DNA of 64,000 bases, taken from an uncultured Enterobacterales bacterium (GTDB taxonomy: Bacteria; Myxococcota_A; UBA796; JAFGLY01). The notes beneath the pieces were generated by a model. That model was not told the origin of the DNA. It saw only the letters and a program-made list of their open reading frames with translations, and ran no database searches. Both the position numbers and the translations under genes were made by a program. The stretch lies in assembly GCA_964481655.1 (NCBI GenBank), contig CAYZVO010000001.1, forward strand, positions 63,002 through 127,001. The letters run 5' to 3'. The number at the start of each line of letters is the position of its first letter. The stretch's first letter is position 1. Below are positions 30,737 through 39,607 of this stretch, in pieces.

Positions 30737-32626
30737 TCTCCGATCCTCAGCTCCACGGGGTCCAGTGCACAGGCGGGGTCTCGGTCGTGGTCTCCCGGTG
30801 TGGGGTGCCAGACCGCGATGGTCGGGCTGTCGATGATGGGGGGGCCCCAGCCGGTGGCGAGCAGGCGCTCCACGGCGCCGTGGGCGTCGGGCAGGCGATC
30901 CCGGTGCAGGACCACCGCCGCGAAGCCCTGGGCCTGCAGGGCGTGGAGATCGGCGTCGAGGCAGCGGGCCAGCGACGGTCGGGCCAGCATGTCGCTCACC
31001 GCGGCCTGGAGGGCCACCGCGCCGCGATCGTCGTCGCCCTCGGCGGGATCGCCCAGCAGCTCCAGCACCCGCTGCACGGCGTAGCTGGTCTCGCGCACCG
31101 GCTCGAGCTCCAGCGACTCGGCGACGGGGCGGCCGAGGCTCGGCTGCCAGACCAGGTAGTGGTCGTCCAGGGGCAGCTGCAGGACGGCGCCGGGGGGCAG
31201 CTCCGCCAGGGTCGCGCCGCCCGCGGCGCGCGGGCGGGGGGTGCTGGCGGGCGCGGGGGGGCTGCTCGGCCTGGGTGGCGCGGTGGGGGGGGGGGGGGCG
31301 GGGGTCGAAGGCGCTCGAGCGCACGCCGGCGGGGGCGCGGGCCACGGCCTGGTCCATGGCGATCAGGGCCAGCAGCCCCACCAGCAGCTGAGGGCGCAGG
31401 GCGGGCAGCCGGTCCAGCAGGTCCGCCACCCCCCAGCAGGCCGCGGCCGCCAGCGGGACGCTGACCAGGATCCCGATCCGGCACCAGCCCCAGACGAAGC
31501 GCAGGGGCGGGAGCAGGGCTTCCACGTACCAGGCCAGCAGCCGGGGGGGCGTGGCGCCGTCGGCCGGCGGGGTGTTGCTCCACACCAGGTAGGGCCCCAG
31601 GGACAGCAGCAGGATCAGCGCCGCGAGCGCCAGCCAGGGCAGGGCCGCCCGGGGCCGGCGCCAGGCGCCCCAGCCGCCCAGGAGCACCAGGACCCAGCCC
31701 GGGTAGGCGGGCACCTCGACCCCGGGCAGGCCCTGGCTGCCGGTGAAGGGCAACAGCAGCCACGGCGGGGTGTTGATGCCCATGTGCACCGTGAGCCGCT
31801 GGGTCTCCGCCAGGATGGGCGGCGGGTGGGTGATGAGGGCGGCCAGGGCGGGCAGGGTCGGCAGCACCGCCAGCAGGGCCACCAGCACCAGCCGCAGCGC
31901 CTGCAGGCCCCAGCGCCGGGGGTCCTGGCCGGCGTAGCGGGCCGCCATGGCGAGGGCCACGGGGGGCTCGAGCAGCAGCAGCCAGCCCGCCAGGTACCAG
32001 CCCCCCAGCACGATGGCGGCCAGGGACAGGCCCGCGCCGAGCAGGTCCCAGCTGATGGCGCGGTCGGCCCGTTCGGCCGGCGGGTGGAGGACCCGGTGCA
32101 GGAACCACAGGTGCAGGCCCCAGGCCGCGCCGGGGAGCAGCTCGGTGCGCCCCAGCCAGGGCGAGGCCATCAGCATGGGCGCGGTGGCGCAGGCGGCCGC
32201 GCCGATGAGGGCAGCGGCGCCGGCCTGGGGGTGACCAGCCAGCAGCCGTCGGACGAGCAGCCAGCCCCCCAGCCCCGCCAGGGCGGTCCAGCCGACGTGC
32301 ACGGCGGCGAAGCCCACGACGGCCCCCGTGGCACCGCCGATGAGCCCGTAGACCGGCGCGAAGAACAGCAGGTTGATGGGGTCCATCAGGTGCCGGGTGT
32401 AGTCACCCGGGAAGCCGGCCTCGAGGTGGGCCACGAAGGGGCCCCAGGTGTCGAGGTGCAGCATGGTGGTCCACAGGGCCCACAGGTGGCGCGGCGCCTC
32501 GCTGTCGGGGGAGCCCAACGCCCAGGTGGCCGGGCCGTGCAGCACCGGGCGCAGCATGAGCAGGCACGCCACGGCCAGCACCGCGGCCAGCAGCGCGAGC
32601 TCGCGGCGATCCGGACGCGGGCTCAC
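30733..32626 (-). pseudogene. Polytopic membrane protein (GT-C-like architecture) with a frame change at a C14 (plus-strand G14) run; intact 630-aa ORF if the run were 13
   Basis: The frame starting at 32626 encodes ~447 aa with about a dozen hydrophobic helices, up to ..AFDPRPPPP, and then turns R/P-rich. The frame containing ORF 30733..31098 is open back to 31365. From the run onward it reads coding-like: PPPPTAPPRPSS..GGATLAELPPGAVLQLPLDDHYLVWQPSLGRPVAESLELEPVRETSYAVQRVLELLG... Confidence 0.6.
31285..31298. repeat. G14 homopolymer (C14 on the coding strand), followed by cGGGGG
   Basis: Read directly: cggt-GGGGGGGGGGGGGG-c-ggggg-tcgaag. It is the longest homopolymer I saw in the window. 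Confidence 0.95.
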
Positions 32627-32642
32627 GCGGGGTCCCTCGGCC

Positions 32643-33503
32643 TCAGACCAGGTCGGCGAACTTGGGCCGGTGGTGCACGTAGATGGAGAAACCCACCACC
32701 AGCGCCAGCACGGCGGAGACGCAGAGCACCAGCATGCTGTTGGGGTGCGGCAGCCGGTGGTTGAGGATCAGCTCCTGGTAGACCCCCACGATGTGGGACA
32801 GGGGGTTGAGCTGCAGCAGGAAGTTGAACCGGGGGGGGTAGACCGATGGCGGGTAGAAGATGGGCGTCATGAACATCCAGGTCAGCAGCAGGGCGTTGAC
32901 CCAGTGCACCGCGTCGCGGAAGTAGACGCCCGCCGTGGCGAGGAAGAACCCAACGCCCAACACGAAGACCGCCTGGATGACCCAGAAGATGGGCACCAGC
33001 AGGAAGTGCAGCGACAGCCCCTCGCCGAAGAGGATCACCCCGATGCACAGGATCACGGTGCGGATGGCCTGGTTGACCACCGCAGAGGCGATCACGTGGG
33101 CCGGCAGCACAAGCGACGGGAAGTTCACCTTCTTGAGCAGGTGCCCGTAGTCGCGGATCACGGTGGTGGCGCGGTTCAGCCCGTCGCTGACCGTGAACCA
33201 GGTGACCATGCCGCAGAACAGGAACAGGGCGTAGTGGGTGGTGCCTCCGCCCGGACCGTAGTTCACCCCGATGAGCACGTTGAACACGAAGGTGTAGGTG
33301 ATCAGCTCGATGATGGGGTTGACCACGGTCCAGAAGAAGCCGATGGAGCTGCCCATGTAGCGGAAGCGCAGGTCGTTGATCACGAACGAGATCAGCAGCT
33401 CGCGGTGCTCCCACAGCTCGCTCATCGAGCGCCAGTCGAACCCCTGCCGCTCGTCGGGCGGACGGATGTGGATCGTGGTCTTGGCGCCTGGTTGCTGGCT
33501 CAT
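32643..33503 (-). CDS. ABC-2-type (Wzm/TagG-like) polysaccharide-export permease
   Basis: WEHRELLISFVINDLRFRYMGSSIGFFWTVVNPIIELITYTFVF and six TM segments are typical of ABC-2 permeases. No ATPase gene is adjacent. Confidence 0.8.
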   Translation of the reverse strand: MSQQPGAKTTIHIRPPDERQGFDWRSMSELWEHRELLISFVINDLRFRYMGSSIGFFWTVVNPIIELITYTFVFNVLIGVNYGPGGGTTHYALFLFCGMVTWFTVSDGLNRATTVIRDYGHLLKKVNFPSLVLPAHVIASAVVNQAIRTVILCIGVILFGEGLSLHFLLVPIFWVIQAVFVLGVGFFLATAGVYFRDAVHWVNALLLTWMFMTPIFYPPSVYPPRFNFLLQLNPLSHIVGVYQELILNHRLPHPNSMLVLCVSAVLALVVGFSIYVHHRPKFADLV

Positions 33504-33548
33504 GGCGCGCCCTTCATAGCGCGATCAGGGCGTGGGGGGCAGCGATCG

Positions 33549-34931
33549 CTAGCCGGGTTCCTTCCCGAACCGCCAGGTCATCGCCATCGACAGGAAGGTC
33601 AGGCGGCTGGCGAAGTGGCCGTTGCCGGTGACCTTGCCCTGGGTGACCTCGGAGGCGGCGGGGTCGGAGAGGTTGAGGTCCAGCACCAGCTGCTGCAGCT
33701 CCGAGTCGGTGATGTCCCGCGGCAGGATGAAGGTCTGGCCGAAGGCGGCGTCGATGTCGAACTTGCCCAGGTGGACACCGGTGCCCAGCCCCACGCCGAT
33801 CTTGTTTCCGTCCACGAGGGTCACGCCCTGGAAGGCCTTGGGGACCGCCGAGGTCTCGTAGTAGCCGCCGGCCCGGATGGTGACCTTGTCGTTCACGTTG
33901 TAGTCGCCGCCCAGGCGCACGGACCAGACGTCCAGGTAGTTGGCCGGGATGACGATGTCGTTGGTGACCACGGCGTCTTCGGGGATGAAGCCCTCGGGGT
34001 CCATCTCGACCACCAGGTCCACGTCGGTGATGACGATCTCGTCCCAGACGTGCCAGCCTTCCCAGGCGCCGGCGAGCTCGACGTCCCACTTCTCGGTGGG
34101 GTGGATGCCCACGCCGGCCCGGACGATGGCGGGCATGGTGATGGTGGAGCTGACGTCGTCGTCCACGAAGTGGGTGCCGTCCAGGAAGCTCTCGAAGGCG
34201 TGGCCCTCGAAGTCCGCCGAAATGGAACCTACCGGGTGGTAGGTCGTGGCGGGCTGGAAGCTGGCGCCGATGCTCATCCAGTCGGTGGGATCGGCGATGA
34301 CGCCGAAGCTGTAGTTGGGGGCGAACCAGTCGGCGATCTCGAAGCGGATGTCGATGTCGTTGGCCGGGTCGTCGCCGTCCAGGGTGGTGATGGCCAGCTC
34401 CATGTCGGCCCGGAGGATGCGCGCCTGGAAGGTGCCGCCCACGGCCAGCCAGTCGGTGACCTGGACGCCCACGCCCGCCACGCCGGCGAACTCCCACAGC
34501 AGCTGGTCGATGAGGCTGTAGCGCTGGGCCCCGTCGGCCACGTAGTCCACGTCGGGGGCCTGAGGTGAGATGAAGCCGATGGCGAAGGTGGTGCGGGGCA
34601 CGCCGAAGCTGTGGGACAGACCCAGGCCCGGCACCACCATGAAGGGGCCCTCGTTGTAGATGGGGGCGAAGTCCAGGTCGTTGTCGGGCTCGTCCATGCG
34701 GTCGAACTCGACGTACTGATCGACGCCAGAGACGCTGACGAAGGCCTGGGCCTGGCGCAGCCGCGCCAGCCCCGCGGGGTTGTGGTACAGCGCGGTGAGG
34801 TCGTCGACGCTGGCCACCACCGCGGAGCCGCGGCCGATGGCCCGGGTGCCGGAGTCGGTGAAGTAGAAGCCGGCGGCATCAGCGGAGGCGGGCAGCAGGG
34901 CGGCGGTGAGCAGCGGCAGGATTCGACGCAT
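33549..34931 (-). CDS. FadL/OMPP1/TodX-family outer-membrane transport protein
   Basis: MRRILPLLTAALLPASADAAGFYFTDSGTRAIGRGSAVVASVDDLTALYHNPAGLARL is the family N-terminal signature. The rest has beta-strand-like alternation. Confidence 0.75.
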   Translation of the reverse strand: MRRILPLLTAALLPASADAAGFYFTDSGTRAIGRGSAVVASVDDLTALYHNPAGLARLRQAQAFVSVSGVDQYVEFDRMDEPDNDLDFAPIYNEGPFMVVPGLGLSHSFGVPRTTFAIGFISPQAPDVDYVADGAQRYSLIDQLLWEFAGVAGVGVQVTDWLAVGGTFQARILRADMELAITTLDGDDPANDIDIRFEIADWFAPNYSFGVIADPTDWMSIGASFQPATTYHPVGSISADFEGHAFESFLDGTHFVDDDVSSTITMPAIVRAGVGIHPTEKWDVELAGAWEGWHVWDEIVITDVDLVVEMDPEGFIPEDAVVTNDIVIPANYLDVWSVRLGGDYNVNDKVTIRAGGYYETSAVPKAFQGVTLVDGNKIGVGLGTGVHLGKFDIDAAFGQTFILPRDITDSELQQLVLDLNLSDPAASEVTQGKVTGNGHFASRLTFLSMAMTWRFGKEPG

Positions 34932-35032
34932 GGGGGCTCCCGGATGGGCGAGCGACGCGGGCCTTGTAACACCCGGGCCGGGAGCCGGATGGTGGGGGGG
35001 TATACTGGCGGGGCTATGTCCCGGAGGGAACC

Positions 35033-37795
35033 ATGATCCGCAGCCTCGCCCTGTTCGCGCTGCTCCTGCCCACCTCGAGCCTGGCCTCGGACGACTACGC
35101 GAAGAAGGGGGGCACGGGGACGCGCACCTTCGAGCAGCAGGGGACGCTGAGCTCGGAGCTCTGGCTGCTCGGGGGTGAGTCCGCCGTGCTCACCGTCGAC
35201 ATCCAGTCCGGTGAGATCGTCCTGCGTGGTGGTGGGCTGGTCCTCAGCGAGGCCGCCGCGGGTGCCGTCGCGCTGGTCCCGTCCTGGATGCAGGCCCAGC
35301 TCGCGCTGACCCTCTCCAAGCTCGATGAGAGCCGGCAGGACGAGATCGCTGCGCTGCTGAACGAATACGCCAACGACGTCGCCCTGGACGAGCTGGCCTA
35401 CAGCATCGCGGCCACCAGCCCCGAAGAGCTGAGCCTGAGCGCCCAGTACGGTCTGCTGGACGTGCTGGTGGCCAATGCGACCGCCATCTACGACATCGAC
35501 CCCTGGGTGGACTTCGCGGATCTGGTGGAGCTGGACGACGGCAGCACCACCGTGGAGTACCACCACGACGACGGCTCCGGGCTGCAGTCCTACACGGTGG
35601 ACCCCGAGATCTACTACCGGCACGTGGTCAACCCCAAGCTCGACATGGAGCTGCCGCTGTTCATGGACCCGGAGTCCTTCAGCCTGGCGGATCCGCCCCG
35701 CGGGGTGCACTGGCGGGAGTGGATCTTCTTCTCGGCGATGGACGACGGCACCTGGGACTACCGCACCCACTGGCTCGAGGAGACACCCTACGCCGTCGTC
35801 GATGACGACCTCGCCGACCTCGAGGCCGTCGGCTGGCTCTACGGCTTCGAGGTGGACCCCATCGTGGTGGTCCAGGACGGTGCGGGCGCGCCGCTGCTGG
35901 TGGAGGTGGACTGGGGCAAGGGCTCGGTGCTGGCCACCACCATCGACCTCGAGCTGGCCCACCTGGACAGCCACGACGTCGCCGCGAACGTGCTCGAGTA
36001 CGTGCAGCGGCGGGACGTGCTCGAGGCCGACGAGATCACCCTGATCCTCACCGACGGCGGTGACGCGGGGGCGGAGTACATCACCCACCTCGAGGCCGAG
36101 GTGCTGCCCTACGAGACCTGGGATCTGTCAGGGGGCGCACCCGAGCTGGACGGCTACGCCAAGGTCATCGTGCCCCAGGGGCTGAGCCTCGAGGCCTACC
36201 AGACCGTCTACGAAGAGACGAGCGCCGAGGCCCTCGAGAGCTTCGTCTCCGGCGGCGGCACCCTGCTGCTGCAGGCCGACCCGGAGCTGGGGGACAGCTA
36301 CGCCTACCCCTGCGGGATCAGCGTGGTGCTGGACGAGGTGAGCGACCCGAGCTTCCTGGGCCACCCGGTGCTGGCCGAGAGCATCGCCGGCGTCGAGAGC
36401 CTCTGGGACGGGGTCCGGTACGACGGCCTGAGCGGGGATCGGGCGCTGGCGGACACCCTCTCCGCCGTTGACGCCATCGGCTGGTTCGTCACCCAGAACA
36501 TGTTCGACAACGTCAGCGAGTACTCCAACACCCACAGCGACTACGACGGGGAGCGCTCGGTCTGGCCCCAGCGCATCATGCACAACCACTTCGGCAACTG
36601 CGGCGAGTGCCAGGACATGATCACCGCGGCGGCCCGGGCCTGCCTGATCCCGACGATGAACGTCTGGAGCATCGAGGACCACGTCTGGAACGAGTTCTTC
36701 TTCGAGGACGGCTGGCACGCCTGGCAGGTGGACTGGTCCGACGGCCCCACCCGCATCGACAACGGCGGGGTGGGCGCCGACTCGAGCTACGGCGGCGGCA
36801 AGGAGGTCTCCGCCATCATGGGCTTCCACCAGAACGGCTTCATCGCCGACGAGCACGTGGCCCTGTACACCGACACGATCACCGCGAACGTCACGGTCCG
36901 CGATGTCGACGGGGACCCCGTGCCCGGCGCCATGGTGCTGGTGGCGGTCGAGAACTACTACTACGACCAGTACCTGGACCAGGGGGCGTGGGTGCACACC
37001 GACCTGAACGGCGAGGTGGAGCTCACCCTGGGGGACAACCGCAACTTCTGGTTCATCGCCGCGGCGGATCTGGAGGATGGCGAGACCTGGGCGCCGGCCA
37101 GCATCACCGACATCCAGTCCGGCTCCTACCCCAACTGGTTCCTGGCCACCGAGGCGGGCGATCCCTCCATCGCGGCGGCCGAGGCGGTGGCCGGCTCCAG
37201 CCACGAGATCCCCGTCGTCCTGGGGGGGCGCCTGGAGCGCCGGCCGGCGGAGGTCGATCACACCGGCTCCATCGAGGTCGCATTGGACCTGGAGCTCACC
37301 CTCGACGACGTGCTGCTCGACGCGCCGGCCAGCCGCAGCTTCCTGGGGTGGTACGCCGAGTTGGGCTACGCCTACGGCGGCGGGCTCATCGAGCCCCTGG
37401 ACGAGCCAGGCGCCGTGGACCTGTACCTGATGGACGCCGCCAACCTGGCCCTGTTCGAGGCGGGCGAGGCCTTCGAGATCATCACCCAGGAGCGCCGCGT
37501 GGGCCCTGGGCTGATCAGCCAGTCCACCGAGACCAACGACGAGCAGCTCTACCTGGTCGTCTCCAACCGCGGCGCCCCCGACCACGTCTTCCACGGCAGC
37601 CTGACCCTGGACTACCAGGGCGAGACCTGGGACTGGGACGGTGAGTCCCCCGGCTGCAGCGGCTGCGCCACGAGCCCCACCCGGCGCCCAGGCGTGGCGC
37701 TGTTGGGGGTGTTGGCGGTGCTGGGGGTCGCGCTGAGGCGGTTCGATCACCGAACGCAGGGGAGCAGTTCACCTGCTCCCGTAGGCCGCCCTTAG
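35033..37795 (+). CDS. Large secreted transglutaminase-core protein with MYXO-CTERM-like tail
   Basis: Signal peptide MIRSLALFALLLPTSSLAS. HFGNCGECQDMITAAARACLIPTMNVWSIEDHVWNEFFFEDGWHAWQVDWSD carries a Cys-His-Asp transglutaminase core. Tail PGCSGCATSPTRRPGVALLGVLAVLGVALRR plus 19 further residues. Confidence 0.75.
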   Translation: MIRSLALFALLLPTSSLASDDYAKKGGTGTRTFEQQGTLSSELWLLGGESAVLTVDIQSGEIVLRGGGLVLSEAAAGAVALVPSWMQAQLALTLSKLDESRQDEIAALLNEYANDVALDELAYSIAATSPEELSLSAQYGLLDVLVANATAIYDIDPWVDFADLVELDDGSTTVEYHHDDGSGLQSYTVDPEIYYRHVVNPKLDMELPLFMDPESFSLADPPRGVHWREWIFFSAMDDGTWDYRTHWLEETPYAVVDDDLADLEAVGWLYGFEVDPIVVVQDGAGAPLLVEVDWGKGSVLATTIDLELAHLDSHDVAANVLEYVQRRDVLEADEITLILTDGGDAGAEYITHLEAEVLPYETWDLSGGAPELDGYAKVIVPQGLSLEAYQTVYEETSAEALESFVSGGGTLLLQADPELGDSYAYPCGISVVLDEVSDPSFLGHPVLAESIAGVESLWDGVRYDGLSGDRALADTLSAVDAIGWFVTQNMFDNVSEYSNTHSDYDGERSVWPQRIMHNHFGNCGECQDMITAAARACLIPTMNVWSIEDHVWNEFFFEDGWHAWQVDWSDGPTRIDNGGVGADSSYGGGKEVSAIMGFHQNGFIADEHVALYTDTITANVTVRDVDGDPVPGAMVLVAVENYYYDQYLDQGAWVHTDLNGEVELTLGDNRNFWFIAAADLEDGETWAPASITDIQSGSYPNWFLATEAGDPSIAAAEAVAGSSHEIPVVLGGRLERRPAEVDHTGSIEVALDLELTLDDVLLDAPASRSFLGWYAELGYAYGGGLIEPLDEPGAVDLYLMDAANLALFEAGEAFEIITQERRVGPGLISQSTETNDEQLYLVVSNRGAPDHVFHGSLTLDYQGETWDWDGESPGCSGCATSPTRRPGVALLGVLAVLGVALRRFDHRTQGSSSPAPVGRP

Positions 37796-38589
37796 TAGCC
37801 CGACGCCTGCCCCGCCCCGACCACGCCTTCGTAGTCTTCGCCGGTGCTCAGGGTGGTGCGGACGGCGTCGATGGGCCAGGACTCGTTGCAGACGAACATG
37901 CGGTTGAGCAGGCACAGGTCGTCGTCGCAGTCGGAGCTCTCGGCTTCGTTGTACTGGGGCACGGTGGCGCCGGGGGGGGACTTGGGGTCGTCGTCGTTGG
38001 TGACCAGGTAGGTCCCCGAGGGGATCTTGCCCGAGGCGCCGCCGCCGCCCAGGTAGCCCTGCAGGGCCCTGGGGTTCCAGCCGTCGCTCTCGCTCCAGTC
38101 CTGGACCGTGGAGACGTCGGCGTCTTCGGTGCCGTTGAGCACGTCGCCGTCCTGCTGCAGGGTGAAGGTGACCTCGCGGGTCTGGTCCGAGGTGGCGCTG
38201 TACTGGTAGCCGGAGGCGTGGGTGTCGTTGTCCGATGAGGTGGACATGCCGGTCCAGGTGAAGGTCCAGGCGCCGTCGGATTCGTGCACGCCCGGGTAGG
38301 CGTCGGTGCCGATGATCAGGGTGGCGGCGTCGGGGCCCGTGCTGGTGATCAGGCCGTAGAAGATCTGATCGCTGTAGGACTCGTCGGTGGTCTCGGTCCA
38401 GTCCGGGTCCTCTTCGTCGTCCTCGCCGTCGACCCAGCCGAAGGTGAAGTTGTGGGAGATGGTCTCGGTGCAGGTCTCCTCGGCCTGGTCGGTGGCCTGC
38501 ATGGAGAACTGCCAGACGCCGTCGATGAGATCGGGGGCACAGCCGCTGCCGATCAGGGCCGGGATGAGCACGATGAGCGCGCGGGACAT
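37792..38589 (-). CDS. Lipoprotein, hypothetical (acidic, T/S/D-rich)
   Basis: MSRALIVLIPALIGSGCAP (lipobox). Its stop overlaps the convergent stop (TTAG). Confidence 0.55.
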   Translation of the reverse strand: MSRALIVLIPALIGSGCAPDLIDGVWQFSMQATDQAEETCTETISHNFTFGWVDGEDDEEDPDWTETTDESYSDQIFYGLITSTGPDAATLIIGTDAYPGVHESDGAWTFTWTGMSTSSDNDTHASGYQYSATSDQTREVTFTLQQDGDVLNGTEDADVSTVQDWSESDGWNPRALQGYLGGGGASGKIPSGTYLVTNDDDPKSPPGATVPQYNEAESSDCDDDLCLLNRMFVCNESWPIDAVRTTLSTGEDYEGVVGAGQASGY

Positions 38590-38687
38590 GGGGACCTCGC
38601 CAATGGAGGGCGCCGTCGTCGGTCGCCCTTCGGGTCGCTCAGGTTAACATCGGTGCGATCCCGTGCGCGCCCGGAGGAACCTCCATC

Positions 38688-39092
38688 ATGCTCACCCGCC
38701 TCGACCACATCGCCATCGCCGTGCCCGATCTCGAGCTGGCCATCCAGCGTTTCGCCGCCGATCTCGGCCTCGAGCTGTCGGGGCGCGAGGACGTCGAAGC
38801 CGCCAAGACCAGCACCGCCTTCTTCCCCATCGAAGGCACCAAGATCGAGCTGGTGCACCCCCTGCGGGGTGCCGGGCCCATCGCCAAGTTCCTCGAGAAG
38901 AAGGGCGGCGGCCTGCACCACATCTGCTTCGAGACCGACGACATCCTCGGCGACGTCGCCCGCCTGAAGGAGAAGGGCTACCGCTTCCTCTCCGACGGCC
39001 CCAGCCCTGGCGCCCACGGCAAGCAGGTGATCTTCATCCACCCCAAGTCCGCCGGCGGCGTGCTCATCGAGCTGGCCCAGCCCCAGGACTGA
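38688..39092 (+). CDS. mce: Methylmalonyl-CoA epimerase (VOC/glyoxalase fold)
   Basis: MLTRLDHIAIAVPDLELAIQRF..GTKIELVHPLRGAGPIAKFLEKKGGGLHHICFETDDI..GYRFLSDGPSPGAHGKQVIFIHPKSAGGVLIELAQP. Confidence 0.8.
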   Translation: MLTRLDHIAIAVPDLELAIQRFAADLGLELSGREDVEAAKTSTAFFPIEGTKIELVHPLRGAGPIAKFLEKKGGGLHHICFETDDILGDVARLKEKGYRFLSDGPSPGAHGKQVIFIHPKSAGGVLIELAQPQD

Positions 39093-39094
39093 CG

Positions 39095-39595
39095 ATGTCC
39101 GCCCCCCTGCTCCTGCTGGCCCTCGCCACCAGCGCCTTCGCCGACACCGGCGAGGAGCTCTGCAAGGACTGGTCGGTCAACCCCGACGCGGTCACCACCA
39201 GCTCCGGCAACAGCCACCTGTTCCGCATCGACACCCTGCGGGAGTGCCGCAGCGATCTGGTGTGCGTCTGGTCCCTCACCACCGACGTGGGCGAGCTGCA
39301 GACCGACGAGGGGCTGAACATCTGGTGGGACGCCCCCACCGAGCGGCCCTACATGTGCGAGCCCCAGGACACCTCGCTGGTGGCCACCTGCGTGCTGTGG
39401 GACAGCTTCACCCGCACCGCCACGGTCGACATCCAGGTGCGCTGCACCGACGCTGAGCGCGAAGAGCTGGCCGAAGAGCTGGCCTCCCTCTACACGGTCC
39501 AGGGCGGGGGCTGCACCTCCCCGGGCCGCGCCGAGGCGCTGCTGCTGCTCTTCCCCATCGGTCTGTTCGGCCTCCGCCGTCGCCTGCGTCCCTAG
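39095..39595 (+). CDS. Secreted Cys-rich protein with MYXO-CTERM-like tail
   Basis: ATG at 39095 lies 2 nt after the mce stop. Signal peptide MSAPLLLLALATSAFA. Tail QGGGCTSPGRAEALLLLFPIGLFGLRRRLRP. Confidence 0.65.
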   Translation: MSAPLLLLALATSAFADTGEELCKDWSVNPDAVTTSSGNSHLFRIDTLRECRSDLVCVWSLTTDVGELQTDEGLNIWWDAPTERPYMCEPQDTSLVATCVLWDSFTRTATVDIQVRCTDAEREELAEELASLYTVQGGGCTSPGRAEALLLLFPIGLFGLRRRLRP

Positions 39596-39607
39596 GCGGG
39601 GCCCACC

